Part shown: piece by piece, positions 54,083 to 63,354 of the stretch | Layout of the letters: the number at the start of each line of letters is the position of its first letter | Position numbering within the stretch: the first letter of the stretch is position 1 | NCBI GenBank assembly: GCA_964490075.1 | Contig: CAZBBK010000001.1 | Coordinates: 62,001-126,000, forward strand | DNA: 64,000 nucleotides | Source: an uncultured Gemmatimonadota bacterium | GTDB taxonomy: Bacteria > GCA-2686955 | Reading direction: 5' to 3' | The notes under the pieces: model-generated | What the model was told of the DNA's origin: nothing | The model's database searches: none | What the model saw: only the letters and a program-made list of their open reading frames with translations | Made by a program: the position numbers and the translations under genes

Positions 54083-55045
54083 ATGCGCCCAACCACCGCC
54101 TGGCCTCTGCTCGCCGCCCTGTTCTGCTGCGCAAGCGCAAGCGCGGCGGCGCCCTACGAGGCGACTCCGTTCTGGGAGTCGATCGAGTGGGACGGCGCGC
54201 AGCGCGAGTTCCTCGTCTACCAGCCGCTGGACCTTCCTCCCGGCGACCATCCCCTGGTGTTCTCGATTCACGGCGGCGGCGGCAACGCGGTCGACCACAT
54301 GGATCACCGAGCTGCCCATGAAGGCCTGCTCAACGCCAAGGCGGACGCCGAGAAGTTCCTGGTGATCTACCCGCAGGGCGGACGAGAGTACCGTGCCCAG
54401 GTCCCGAAGCGGGGCTACTACTGGAACGACTGTCGCAACTTCGAGGAGCAGCGCAAGGGCGACGATATCGGCTTTCTGCTGGCGCTGCTCGACTGGGCCG
54501 AGGCGAATCTGGAGCTCGATCCGACCCGCGTCTTCGCCGAGGGGATCTCCAACGGCGGGCACATGACCACGCGCCTGATCACCGAGGCGCCCGAGCGTTT
54601 CGCCGCCGCCGCCATCGTCGCCGCGGCTCTCCTGGCCGATGGGGAGAGCGAATGCTCTCCGGCCTTGCCGCGAAGCCCGGTGCCGGTGCTCTACCTGCAC
54701 GGCACGAAGGATGCGCTCGCCCCCTACGGCGGCGGCGAGACCGCGGGGGGACGCGGAAGCACCATCGGCATCCCGGCGACACTCGACCACTGGGCGGAAC
54801 TGCACGGCGCGGACCTCGTCCCGCTGGGCGAAGTTCTCCCCAACCCGATCCTCTCCGACCACTGCCGGGCCGTCGCACAGCACACCGGTCCCGATGTCTC
54901 GTTTCTCACGGTACTGGGCGGCGGCCACGCTCTGCCCGGACCGACCCAACATACATGGTTCTACCGGGTGGTCTTCCAGACCGGCTGGAAGTGCCAGGAC
55001 TTCTGCGCGGCCGATCTCATGTGGGCTTTCTTCGCCGGACGGTAG
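54083..55045 (+). CDS. Secreted esterase, PHB-depolymerase/LpqC family
   Basis: Signal ending ASA; PLVFSIHGGGG, VIYPQG, DDIGFL, GISNGG, HGTKD, GGGH. Confidence 0.9.
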   Translation: MRPTTAWPLLAALFCCASASAAAPYEATPFWESIEWDGAQREFLVYQPLDLPPGDHPLVFSIHGGGGNAVDHMDHRAAHEGLLNAKADAEKFLVIYPQGGREYRAQVPKRGYYWNDCRNFEEQRKGDDIGFLLALLDWAEANLELDPTRVFAEGISNGGHMTTRLITEAPERFAAAAIVAAALLADGESECSPALPRSPVPVLYLHGTKDALAPYGGGETAGGRGSTIGIPATLDHWAELHGADLVPLGEVLPNPILSDHCRAVAQHTGPDVSFLTVLGGGHALPGPTQHTWFYRVVFQTGWKCQDFCAADLMWAFFAGR

Positions 55046-55096
55046 CCGCAGAGCGTCGTACTTGCCCCCTCTCTCCGCATCGCCGATCGTAGGGCG

Positions 55097-55951
55097 ATGC
55101 GAAACAGACATCGATCGAACCGCAAGAGACGCGTGCGAAGCAGCGCACTCCTCTGCGCGGTGCTGCTGCCGGTGCTCACCGGCTGCGCCGGCGTGGCCAT
55201 CAATGTCGACGGCCACGCTCCCGCGCTGCTCGGTGTGAGCCCGGAAGCCACGGGCGAGACCTGGCACGGATCGTTCTCCGGCGGAATCGCCTCGACCCAT
55301 CGCGTGCGGCTGGCTCGCGCCGAGCAGGACGATCTGTGGATCTTCGAAGGAGCGGGCCCCTTGGTGGTCAACACCGAGCCACGAATTCGTGGATCCTCGG
55401 GGGGATGGATCCGGGGCGATCTCGGGGTGCTCTCGTTCGTCGACCTCTCAGTCGACCGCTCGGCCGACGCGCCCTTGCTCTTCGGCGCCAAAGTGCAGGC
55501 GATCGGCGCTCCGGAGTCGGTCCGCGATCCCGGCTTGAAAGTCGCGTTCGCGGTGCGCCATGGCCGCGGCACCGATCGCGACGACAACAAGCAGCAGATC
55601 GAAAACGCTCACGATGGCAACGAGTACGAACGGGTGCGAGCCCGGACCCACGGCACACTGACCCAGGGCGGTTTGATCCTCGGCTACCGCACCAGTCCCG
55701 AGTTTCTGCTCTACCAGGGCAGCGCCCTGGCCCTGGCGACCTCGAAGGGGGAGCTGACGACGGAATCGGAGACGATCCCGCTGAGCGGCGAAACTGAAAC
55801 ATTGTCGCTCTCAGTCGGCGTCAAACGACACTTCAGCGCGAGCCGCTCAGGATTCGTGCAGCTCGAGGTAGGACACGGCTGGGCCTGGATGCAAGAGGGA
55901 CCGACGCACCAAGGACCCGCACTGCGCTTCGGGGTCGGCGCCTCCTGGTAG
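55097..55951 (+). CDS. Hypothetical lipoprotein / outer-membrane beta-barrel
   Basis: Lipobox LTG-C; amphipathic beta strands; terminal aromatic residue (FGVGASW). Confidence 0.65.
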   Translation: MRNRHRSNRKRRVRSSALLCAVLLPVLTGCAGVAINVDGHAPALLGVSPEATGETWHGSFSGGIASTHRVRLARAEQDDLWIFEGAGPLVVNTEPRIRGSSGGWIRGDLGVLSFVDLSVDRSADAPLLFGAKVQAIGAPESVRDPGLKVAFAVRHGRGTDRDDNKQQIENAHDGNEYERVRARTHGTLTQGGLILGYRTSPEFLLYQGSALALATSKGELTTESETIPLSGETETLSLSVGVKRHFSASRSGFVQLEVGHGWAWMQEGPTHQGPALRFGVGASW

Positions 55952-55957
55952 TCAGAA

Positions 55958-57277
55958 TCAGCGCCGCACCAACACCGCCAGTGCCTCGACATGGGGGGTC
56001 TGGGGCAGCATGTCGAAGAGCTCGACCGGCCGCTCGAGGCGGTAGGGTCCCTCGGTCAGCGCTCGCAAATCCGTCGCCAGGGCCTCGAGGCTGCAGGCGA
56101 TGTGCAGGATGCGCGACGGCGGACTCTTCAGCAAGGCAGCGAGGGTCTCGGCGCCGAGACCTTTGCGCGGCGGATCAGTGACCACCAGATCGAGCGCGCC
56201 GAGCCCGGGGAGTAATGTCGCGACATCGCCTTCCGAGAACTGGACGGCAGGGTGGTTAGCCGCCAGGCGCCGCGCCTCGAGGATCGCCACCGGCGACGAT
56301 TCGACGACCAAGACTTCGGATGCGCCGGCATCCGCGAGATCGAGGCCGATCAGCCCGATGCCGGCGTAGAGATCCGCCACCCGAGCGCCGCTCAGGTCGC
56401 CAGCCAACTCGGCCACGCGAGCGAAGAGAGCTTCGGCCACCTCGGTGTTGAGCTGGAAGAAAGTGGTGGTGCCGAGCCGGACCTCACGCCCGCGGATCGT
56501 CTCGCGCACCGCGCCCGGGCCGGCGACGACCCGGGTCTCGGCGCCGAACACGGCGTTGCCGGTGGAGGGCTGGATATTGAGAGCCAACGAGACCGAGTCG
56601 CCGAGAGCGCGGCGCAGGCCCCCGAAGAGCTCCTCGGTGCCGCGCTCCTTGGGCGAGACGATGGTCACCAGGACCTCGCCCGTGCGCACCCCGGCGCGCA
56701 GCGCAACCCGGCGTAGCACGCCATGCCCCCAACGCTCGTCGTAGGGCGCGGGGCGCAGCTCGGCCACCACCTCGCGCACCGTGCCGTAGGCGTTCTGCAG
56801 CGGCGGCGCCAGCGCCGAGCACCAGTCGACATCGACCACCTCGTGGGAGCGCGGGCGGTAGTAGCCGATGCGGATCCGGCCACGGTGGCGCTCGACCGGC
56901 AGCACGGCGCGATTGCGGTACTGCAGCGCGTGCGGCGCGGGATGGATCGACTGCACCTCGGCGAGGCCCGCCAGAGCGGTGCGGGCCACCTCGGTCTTCC
57001 ACTCGGCCTGGGCGCCCTCGGTCAGGATCATCCAGGGGCATGCGCCGCAATGGCCCGCGATCGAGCAGGGGGGCTCGCGGCGATCGCGCGAAGCGGTGAT
57101 CACCCGCTCGACGATCGCCTTGGGGGGACGACCGGGAGTCGAGACGAAGAGCGCGGTGACGACGTCGCCCGGCAGGGCCCCGTAGACCCGAGTCGGTCCC
57201 AGCGAGCTGTGCGCCAGACCGGCACCGTCGGGGTGCAGGGCGTCGACTTCCAGGTTCTCGCGGGTGGGACGTCCCAT
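55958..57277 (-). CDS. rlmD: 23S rRNA (uracil-5)-methyltransferase RlmD/TrmA family
   Basis: TRAM-like ALPGD.V, C....CG.C, YRNR, FFQLN, DLYAGIG, DPPRKG, IAC, DMLPQTPHVE. Confidence 0.9.
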   Translation of the reverse strand: MGRPTRENLEVDALHPDGAGLAHSSLGPTRVYGALPGDVVTALFVSTPGRPPKAIVERVITASRDRREPPCSIAGHCGACPWMILTEGAQAEWKTEVARTALAGLAEVQSIHPAPHALQYRNRAVLPVERHRGRIRIGYYRPRSHEVVDVDWCSALAPPLQNAYGTVREVVAELRPAPYDERWGHGVLRRVALRAGVRTGEVLVTIVSPKERGTEELFGGLRRALGDSVSLALNIQPSTGNAVFGAETRVVAGPGAVRETIRGREVRLGTTTFFQLNTEVAEALFARVAELAGDLSGARVADLYAGIGLIGLDLADAGASEVLVVESSPVAILEARRLAANHPAVQFSEGDVATLLPGLGALDLVVTDPPRKGLGAETLAALLKSPPSRILHIACSLEALATDLRALTEGPYRLERPVELFDMLPQTPHVEALAVLVRR

Positions 57278-57314
57278 GGCTTGCGGGAGATCGGGGGGTG
57301 GGGAAGAATGGGGT

Positions 57315-57884
57315 ATGCGAGTTACAAAGGTGTACACACGAACGGGCGACGACGGCAAGACCGCATTGGCCACCGGCGAGCGGATTTCGAAAGGAGCGGC
57401 CCGGATCGAGGCGGTGGGCACGGTGGACGAGCTGAACTCGGTGCTGGGGCTGGCGCGGGTGCGGGTGCGGAAATGGGACCAAGAGATCGAAGCGCGTCTG
57501 GGTGCGGTGCAGAACACGCTCTTCGACCTGGGCGCGGGTCTGGCGACGCCGCGGCGGGAGCGGCCGCAAGGGATGCCGAAGGTCGGACCGGAGGCGATCG
57601 CCGAGCTGGAGTCGTGGATCGACCAGGTCAACGCCGAGCTACCGCCCTTGAAGGAGTTCATTCTGCCGGGCGGCGGCGAGGCCGGGGCGACGCTGCACCT
57701 GGCGCGCTGCGTGGCACGGCGGGCGGAACGGGCGGTGGTGAGACTGCAGGAGACCGAAGGGGAGCCGCTCGGAGGAGACGAGCTCGGCTATCTGAACCGC
57801 CTCTCCGACTTGCTCTTCGTGTGTGCGCGCCGAGCGCCGCGGGCCGAGGGAAGCGCCGAGACCAGCTGGAAGCCCAGTGCCTAG
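57315..57884 (+). CDS. pduO: ATP:cob(I)alamin adenosyltransferase (PduO/MMAB type)
   Basis: KVYTRTGDDG.T, GTVDELNS, QNTLFDLG, FILPGG, RRAER, YLNRLSD.LF. Confidence 0.95.
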   Translation: MRVTKVYTRTGDDGKTALATGERISKGAARIEAVGTVDELNSVLGLARVRVRKWDQEIEARLGAVQNTLFDLGAGLATPRRERPQGMPKVGPEAIAELESWIDQVNAELPPLKEFILPGGGEAGATLHLARCVARRAERAVVRLQETEGEPLGGDELGYLNRLSDLLFVCARRAPRAEGSAETSWKPSA

Positions 57885-57912
57885 GGTAGTCTGCTCGGCG
57901 AACGGAGCCCCC

Positions 57913-58506
57913 ATGCGAACCTATGAAGAGGTCATCCACTCCCTGCACGCAGCCGCGGCCAAGCACGGCATGCAGATGTTCGATCGGCAGAGCTGGATCG
58001 ACTACGTGACCCTCGACCGCAGCTACCGCATCATGGCGGTGACCAAAGGCGACGAGCCTCCGCACCGCGTGCGCGCCGAGCTGAGCTTTCCCTGGCCGGC
58101 GAAGTACACCGTGGAGTCGACCCACGGACCCAACTGCTGCATGTATCACGCCCCCGAGGACCGCTGCCCGCACCAGGAGCTGAGTCCGGAGGCCGTCGTG
58201 GCGCTCGATATCCGCTATCTGCTCGACGTGCAGGACGCGGCGGCTGCGACCGAGCTCGGGGACTCGGTGCGGGCGCTCCTGGAGCGGACTTTGGAGTACG
58301 ACAGCGCGCCCGAGATCCACTTCGCGATCGCCGAGGGGGGGACGGGACCGGTGGCGGTCACCGAGCTTTCGGCGACCACGATCTGGGACATCGACGTGTC
58401 GGAGGAGATCGACTTCGGCCCGCCGATCGAAGAGGTGGCCAACGTGCTCACGGCCTTGTTGGCCTCGGAGCTGCTGCCGAAGGAGACGGGGAAGGGCGAG
58501 GGCTAG
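57913..58506 (+). CDS. Hypothetical acidic protein
   Basis: GGAG RBS; strong coding codon bias; contains CCMYH...CPH. Confidence 0.75.
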   Translation: MRTYEEVIHSLHAAAAKHGMQMFDRQSWIDYVTLDRSYRIMAVTKGDEPPHRVRAELSFPWPAKYTVESTHGPNCCMYHAPEDRCPHQELSPEAVVALDIRYLLDVQDAAAATELGDSVRALLERTLEYDSAPEIHFAIAEGGTGPVAVTELSATTIWDIDVSEEIDFGPPIEEVANVLTALLASELLPKETGKGEG

Positions 58507-58910
58507 CGCTCGGCGCAAACGCGCAGACCGCGCTCGGCGAAGACCCGATCGGCCTCCAGCAGATCGTGGTCGAGCAGGTGCTCGGGCTCGACCCAGCGCA
58601 GGCGCGCGTGCACCTTCGCCCGCGGCGTGCCGGCACGGATCGCGGCCTCGAAGAAGTAGAGGCGAAAGGGGGGACGGTCGACGGTGCCGAGGCAGCGCCC
58701 CGGCACGACCTCGACGTCGAGCTCCTCCGAGAGCTCGCGGACCAGGCACTGGTCGAGGCTCTCTCCGCCACGCCTCTTGCCGCCGGGAAACTCCCACTTG
58801 CCGGGATGGGTGCCGTGGCCTTCGGGCCGCTGGGCGAGCAGCAGGCGACCGCTGTCCGCGTCACGAATCAGGGCGGCGACCACGGCGGCGGCGGCGACCT
58901 GAGGGCTCAT
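58503..58910 (-). CDS. NUDIX hydrolase (MutT/NudG-like)
   Basis: LLAQRP, KWEFPGGK...ES...CL.RELSEEL; ATGA overlap with the moaA stop. Confidence 0.92.
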   Translation of the reverse strand: MSPQVAAAAVVAALIRDADSGRLLLAQRPEGHGTHPGKWEFPGGKRRGGESLDQCLVRELSEELDVEVVPGRCLGTVDRPPFRLYFFEAAIRAGTPRAKVHARLRWVEPEHLLDHDLLEADRVFAERGLRVCAER

Positions 58911-59947
58911 CCGCCGAAGTAGCTCATGCCGCCCTCGGGGCGGACGAAGCGGGCAGCCTGGATCGCGTGCCCTTCCCACTTGCCAGTGGCGGCGCGGGCC
59001 AGAATGGCGCACAGCTCGTCGTCGCTCGCGCCGCGGCGCATCGGCGTGGCGAGATCGGTGTCGTCAAGGGCGAAAAGGCAGGCGCGGATCTTGCCGTCGG
59101 CGGAGATTCGGATCCGATCGCAGGACTCGCAGAAGGGCTCGGATACCGATGCGATGATGCCGAAGCGGCCGGCGCCGTCGGCGAAGCGGTAGAGGCGGGC
59201 CGGGGCGCGGTCGTCGCCGGGCGGGATCGGCTCGATCGGCCAGCGGGCGGCGATCGACGCGCGGATCTCGTGGGCGGGCACGACCTTCTCGCGCTCCCAG
59301 GCGCGCTGCGCATCGAGCGGCATGTACTCGATGAAGCGGACCTCGTAATCGCGCTCCCGCGCCAGGCGGGCGAGATCGAGCACCGTCTCTTCGTTGTGGC
59401 CGCGCATGACGACGGTGTTGATCTTGACCGGACGCAACTCCGCGCGGGCCGCTGCGTCGAGGCCGCGCAGCACTTCGGGAAGGCGGTCGCGGCGAGTGAT
59501 GGTGGTGAAGCCGGAGCGCTCGATGGTGTCGAGGCTGACGTTGACGCGATCGAGGCCGGCGGCGCGCAGCGGGGCGGCGAAGCGCTCCAGGCTGACGCCG
59601 TTGGTGGTGATGGCCAGATCCTCGACGCCCGGGATGGCGCGGCAGGCGGCGACCAGCTCGAGGATGCGCGGGTGAAGGAGGGGCTCGCCACCGGTGATGC
59701 GCACGCTCTTGACACCCATCGATACCGCCAGACGGATCACCCGCGCGTACTCCTCGACGCGCAGCATCTGCATCTTCGGCAACCACTTCACACCCTCCTC
59801 CGGCATGCAGTAGACGCAGCGCAGGTCGCAGCGATCGGTGACCGAGATGCGCAGGCTCTCCGCCGTGCGGCCGAAGCGGTCGATCAGGCGGCGCGGTGCG
59901 GGCGAGTCCGTGGTGGCGGACCCTGTGGAGTCGGCGGAGCGGGGCAT
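58907..59947 (-). CDS. moaA: GTP 3',8-cyclase
   Basis: LRISVTDRCDLRCVYCM, TGGEP, RFIEYMP, FCESCDRIR, terminal MSYFGG. Confidence 0.97.
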   Translation of the reverse strand: MPRSADSTGSATTDSPAPRRLIDRFGRTAESLRISVTDRCDLRCVYCMPEEGVKWLPKMQMLRVEEYARVIRLAVSMGVKSVRITGGEPLLHPRILELVAACRAIPGVEDLAITTNGVSLERFAAPLRAAGLDRVNVSLDTIERSGFTTITRRDRLPEVLRGLDAAARAELRPVKINTVVMRGHNEETVLDLARLARERDYEVRFIEYMPLDAQRAWEREKVVPAHEIRASIAARWPIEPIPPGDDRAPARLYRFADGAGRFGIIASVSEPFCESCDRIRISADGKIRACLFALDDTDLATPMRRGASDDELCAILARAATGKWEGHAIQAARFVRPEGGMSYFGG

Positions 59948-59953
59948 GGACTC

Positions 59954-59959
59954 AGTATA
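59954..59959 (-). promoter_or_regulatory. -10 element (TATACT) 6 nt before the moaA ATG, suggesting a leaderless transcript
   Basis: TATACT-GAGTCC-ATG on -, with no room for a Shine-Dalgarno leader. Confidence 0.5.
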
Positions 59960-59980
59960 GGCGAAGCCGGGCGCTGGCTG

Positions 59981-60893
59981 TTAACGCCGCACTGCCCGCT
60001 CCCCATTGCCCGGTCCTCCCTAGGCCCCCAAGTCGGATCGCGGCGCGCCCGGAAATCAGCACGGCCAGCGCGGATGCCGGTCGCAAACCTGGTCTTCGAT
60101 GGCCGGATCGCCGGCACCGACGCAGGGGGAGTCGCGAGCGAGCAGATGGTCGAAGCCCGGAAGCGCTCGAAATCGGGGATCGGCGTCGATGTTGCCGGTG
60201 CCGGGATGGTCACCCTGCACATCGCTGTAGGTCACGGTCGGGCTCGCGTCCTCGACGCAAATCTCCCCACTCTGGTCGTCCCAGAGCTTGCAGTTGCTGA
60301 GCGCGGGCGACGCACCAGTCAATAGCCTCTCACTCCACCGCCATACTGGGCGCTGTTCTTGGTGATGATGCAGTGCGACAAGACCGCAGCGGCATGGTAG
60401 CGACGAATTCCACCGCCTGAGTAGCCGGCGCCATTGCCGCGGACGATGCAACGCTCCAAAGTCAACAGTGTCGCTTGACTCCAGTCGGCTTCGATTCCGC
60501 CGCCGCCTTCGAGTGCCGTGTTGTCGCTGATCACACAATCAAAAAAGCCGGCGCGACATCTTCTCCACAGAAGGCTCCCGCGCCGTAGCGCGCAGCATTG
60601 TGGGAGATCCGGCAGCTCGAGAAGACCGGTGCGGAAGATGACTGACAGTAGAGACCCCGACCGCCGAGTGAAGGGGCGGTTCCGCAGACCGTAATCGCCT
60701 TGCCGCGGAAGTCGATCGACTCCGGGTAGGTGCCGGGCTGGACCAGCACCGAGTCGCCGGTGGCCGCGGCGTCGATCGCGGCCTGGATCCGGTCGTGCTC
60801 GACCGGGACGTGGGTGGTGGCCGCCAGCGCAACACCGACGGCGCCGAGAGCGGGCACGATCGGTCCCGGACGAGCGGGAATCGGAACGTCCAT
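59981..60893 (-). pseudogene. Degraded beta-helix repeat gene
   Basis: IQAAIDAA..GDSVLV.PGTY.ESIDFRGK, then frameshifts near 60541 (A6 run) and 60320, then GNIDADPRF...DSPC..AG, with in-frame stops at 60056-60058 and 60020-60022 inside RSDLGA*GGP. Confidence 0.85.
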
Positions 60894-60949
60894 GAGGAGC
60901 TCCCTGGGTCACGTTTCGCGGCCGACGCCCTGCGATTCAACGTAAGAGC

Positions 60950-60991
60950 AAACGAAAGAAGGCCGCCCCGGCGTATGGCGCCGAGACGGCC
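60950..60991 (-). terminator. Rho-independent terminator after tRNA-Asp
   Basis: GGCCGTCTCGGCG-CCATA-CGCCGGGGCGGCC followed by TTCTTTCGTTT on -. Confidence 0.75.
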
Positions 60992-61002
60992 CTCGATCGG
61001 TC

Positions 61003-61080
61003 TGGCGGGGTTGACGGGACTTGAACCCGCGGCCTCTGGCTTGACAGGCCAGCGCTCTAACCAAGCTGAGCTACAACCCC
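61003..61080 (-). tRNA. tRNA-Asp (GTC)
   Basis: GGGGTTGTAGCTCAGCTTGGTTAGAGCGCTGGCCTGTCAAGCCAGAGGCCGCGGGTTCAAGTCCCGTCAACCCCGCCA: cloverleaf, GTC anticodon, TTC loop, encoded CCA. Confidence 0.97.
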
Positions 61081-61094
61081 AGACAGAAAGCGGG

Positions 61095-61124
61095 AAGTTA
61101 GCAGCGGACCCGCGCTCGGGTCAA
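61095..61124 (-). promoter_or_regulatory. Sigma-70-type promoter for tRNA-Asp
   Basis: TTGACC-N18-TAACTT with a TG extended -10, 14 nt upstream of the tRNA. Confidence 0.55.
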
Positions 61125-61153
61125 CCGCAATCGGCCCTGTCCGGGGTGGCGGA

Positions 61154-61354
61154 TCACTCCTCGGTCTCGACCCGTTGCTCGAACTGCTCGAGACGCTCGG
61201 TCAAGCAGTTGATCAGCTCGGAGGCCACGCCGATGATCTGCTCGTCGCTCAGCTCGTTCCGCTTCAGCTCCACGAAGAACCTGCGGGCGAGGATGCGGGC
61301 CGCACGCTCCGGGTTGTCGTCGGGGATTCGTATTTCACGCGCAACGATCGACAC
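61154..61354 (-). CDS. Small helical hypothetical protein (66 aa)
   Basis: GGAGAG RBS before GTG 61354; amphipathic ARILARRFFVELKRNELSDEQIIGVASELI. Confidence 0.7.
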   Translation of the reverse strand: MSIVAREIRIPDDNPERAARILARRFFVELKRNELSDEQIIGVASELINCLTERLEQFEQRVETEE

Positions 61355-61419
61355 GTTTCTCTCCGCCAGGGTTGGGATGGGGTTGCGAGTGTAGCGCCCG
61401 CGGGCCGCTTGGGGTCGGC

Positions 61420-63273
61420 TCAATCGACCCTGGGGCGTGCGGAGGTCGGCTCGACGTGCCGGGTGTCGCCACCGGGGGCGGCGAGGGCGATCGACTCTTC
61501 GAGGGGAAGCAGCCGATCACCGGTCACTGCGATCAGCGCCGGACCGGCTCCGATGCCGCTCGGCAGGTCGAGCGTCGCCCGGCCGAGGTCATCGGTTTCG
61601 GCGCGCGCCAGCAGCAGCCGGCCGCGGCTGAGCGTGACCACCGCCCCGGCGACCGGCTCGCCCTCGGCCTCGACGCCGACCTCGAATTGCTCCTCCTCGA
61701 GCGAGAGATGGGAAGGCATGGCAGCATCGATCGAGGTCAGCGGAGCCGTCAGGATCGGCGCGTCGGGATCGCCCAACCAGAGGTAGATTCGCGCATTGTG
61801 GCTGCCGTACTGGCCCTGTGTGTCGATCAGGAACTCTCGGGCCCGGTTGAGCAGCGCACCGGCGCGCACCACGCCCTGGTCCAGGATCAGGCGGAAGAGC
61901 TCCTCGTCCAGTGCATCGTTGGGGACCGTGTAGGAGCGGCGCAGCGAGCCGAGCACACCGACCGCCTGCCCCCGGTCCATCCACGCCTCCCCCAGGCTGG
62001 TCGCCTCGTCGTCGTCGATCCAGCCGTTGTCGCACGAGACGTTGAAGACCATGCGTGCCCCGGGAACCACGTCGCCGACCGCGAAGTCCTGGTCGTCCGC
62101 CCCCCAAGTCTGCCAGTCGTCGGGACCGCCATAGCCGCGGTAGTTGATCAGCCCGGCGCCGAGCGCGAGGGCCGCCTGCACATCGGCGTTGACGGCACCG
62201 GCACCGCCATAGATGGGGACGAAGCTGAGCGCCTGGTTCTGGTGGGCCTGCACGATCCCATCGCTGAGGGCCGTGTAGCGCCCAGGGTAGCCGGCTTTGT
62301 GGGCCACCATCAGCACCGTGTCGAGATTCGGGCCGCCGGCGCGCTCCCAACGCATAGTGGCGGCGATCTGCTCCGCCAGCTCGCCCTCGGTCTCGGCGCA
62401 GAAGCGCCCCAGCGCCACGTCGGAGTAGAGGTCGTATCCGCCGACGGTGGTATACCAGTGTTCGGAGGGATCGCGGCCGCCGGGAAACACGGGAATCGAA
62501 GGATCATCGCCCGCGAAGAGCACATGGGTCGCGCCGCGCTCGTAGTGGTAGGCGATCCAGTCCTTGATGGCGAAGGGCTCGGCGCCGACCTGAGATACCG
62601 GCGTGATCGACACGTTGAAGCCGCGCCGGGTGCGCCACTCGGCCAGCTCTTCGAGGGCGGCGCCGGCGGCGAGATGATCGGCCGCCAGAACGACATAGCC
62701 GGGAGCATCGGCGGCCGGCCACGGCGATCGTTCGACCACCTTGAGCTCCCCGGTCAGCTCCGCTTCGGGGAAGTCGATCTGGATGCGGGCGATCGAGAGC
62801 AGCTCGAGGCCCCGTTCGGTCACCCGCAGAGGATCGACGCGCAGCGCGGCCACCCGGCGAGCGCCGCGTTCGGCCACCGGGCCGAGACGAATCGGCCGCC
62901 GGTCGGCCGGCAGAAGCGGCAGCCCGCTGCTGTCGCGGGCCTGGCGCGGCTCTTCCCAACCCTCCAGCAGGCGGGTGCTGGCGGCGCGCACGTGCAGCAC
63001 CGCACGGCGCCCCGGCGGCACCTCTACGAGGCGCGTGAGACGGGGCAGAAGCGGTGCTCCGGGCGCCCCCTGGAGCGTCGCGCTCTCCATCCGATAAACC
63101 CTGCCCTCGGGCTCATCGACCGCCTGTAGATCGCCCGCTTCCACCCAGATCACGTAGGTGGCCGACTCGTCCCGGCGATCGACCTCGCCAAAAAAGGGCG
63201 CCGCCGGCGCGCTCGCGCCGATCGCCACCAATCCCATCAGCAGTGCCGCACAGGCCCGTGCCCATCGAGTCAT
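61420..63273 (-). CDS. C25 (gingipain-like) cysteine peptidase with propeptide
   Basis: GGAGGAG RBS; signal peptide; G.P.LP....LVEVP propeptide; LAEWR..RG, LFAGD, DVALGRF, INYRGYG, NVSCDNG, LGEAW, LGDP. Confidence 0.88.
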   Translation of the reverse strand: MTRWARACAALLMGLVAIGASAPAAPFFGEVDRRDESATYVIWVEAGDLQAVDEPEGRVYRMESATLQGAPGAPLLPRLTRLVEVPPGRRAVLHVRAASTRLLEGWEEPRQARDSSGLPLLPADRRPIRLGPVAERGARRVAALRVDPLRVTERGLELLSIARIQIDFPEAELTGELKVVERSPWPAADAPGYVVLAADHLAAGAALEELAEWRTRRGFNVSITPVSQVGAEPFAIKDWIAYHYERGATHVLFAGDDPSIPVFPGGRDPSEHWYTTVGGYDLYSDVALGRFCAETEGELAEQIAATMRWERAGGPNLDTVLMVAHKAGYPGRYTALSDGIVQAHQNQALSFVPIYGGAGAVNADVQAALALGAGLINYRGYGGPDDWQTWGADDQDFAVGDVVPGARMVFNVSCDNGWIDDDEATSLGEAWMDRGQAVGVLGSLRRSYTVPNDALDEELFRLILDQGVVRAGALLNRAREFLIDTQGQYGSHNARIYLWLGDPDAPILTAPLTSIDAAMPSHLSLEEEQFEVGVEAEGEPVAGAVVTLSRGRLLLARAETDDLGRATLDLPSGIGAGPALIAVTGDRLLPLEESIALAAPGGDTRHVEPTSARPRVD

Positions 63274-63354
63274 CGATCTCCTCCACGATTCCTGGTGCGG
63301 AGCTCTCCTCGCGAGCTCCCCAACGCCCCGATTCGAAAGCCTAACCCGAGCTTC

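Noticed and set aside
60894-61080. Integrated island at tRNA-Asp
   Set aside because: No integrase and no duplicated tRNA 3' end were found; moaA follows within about 1 kb.
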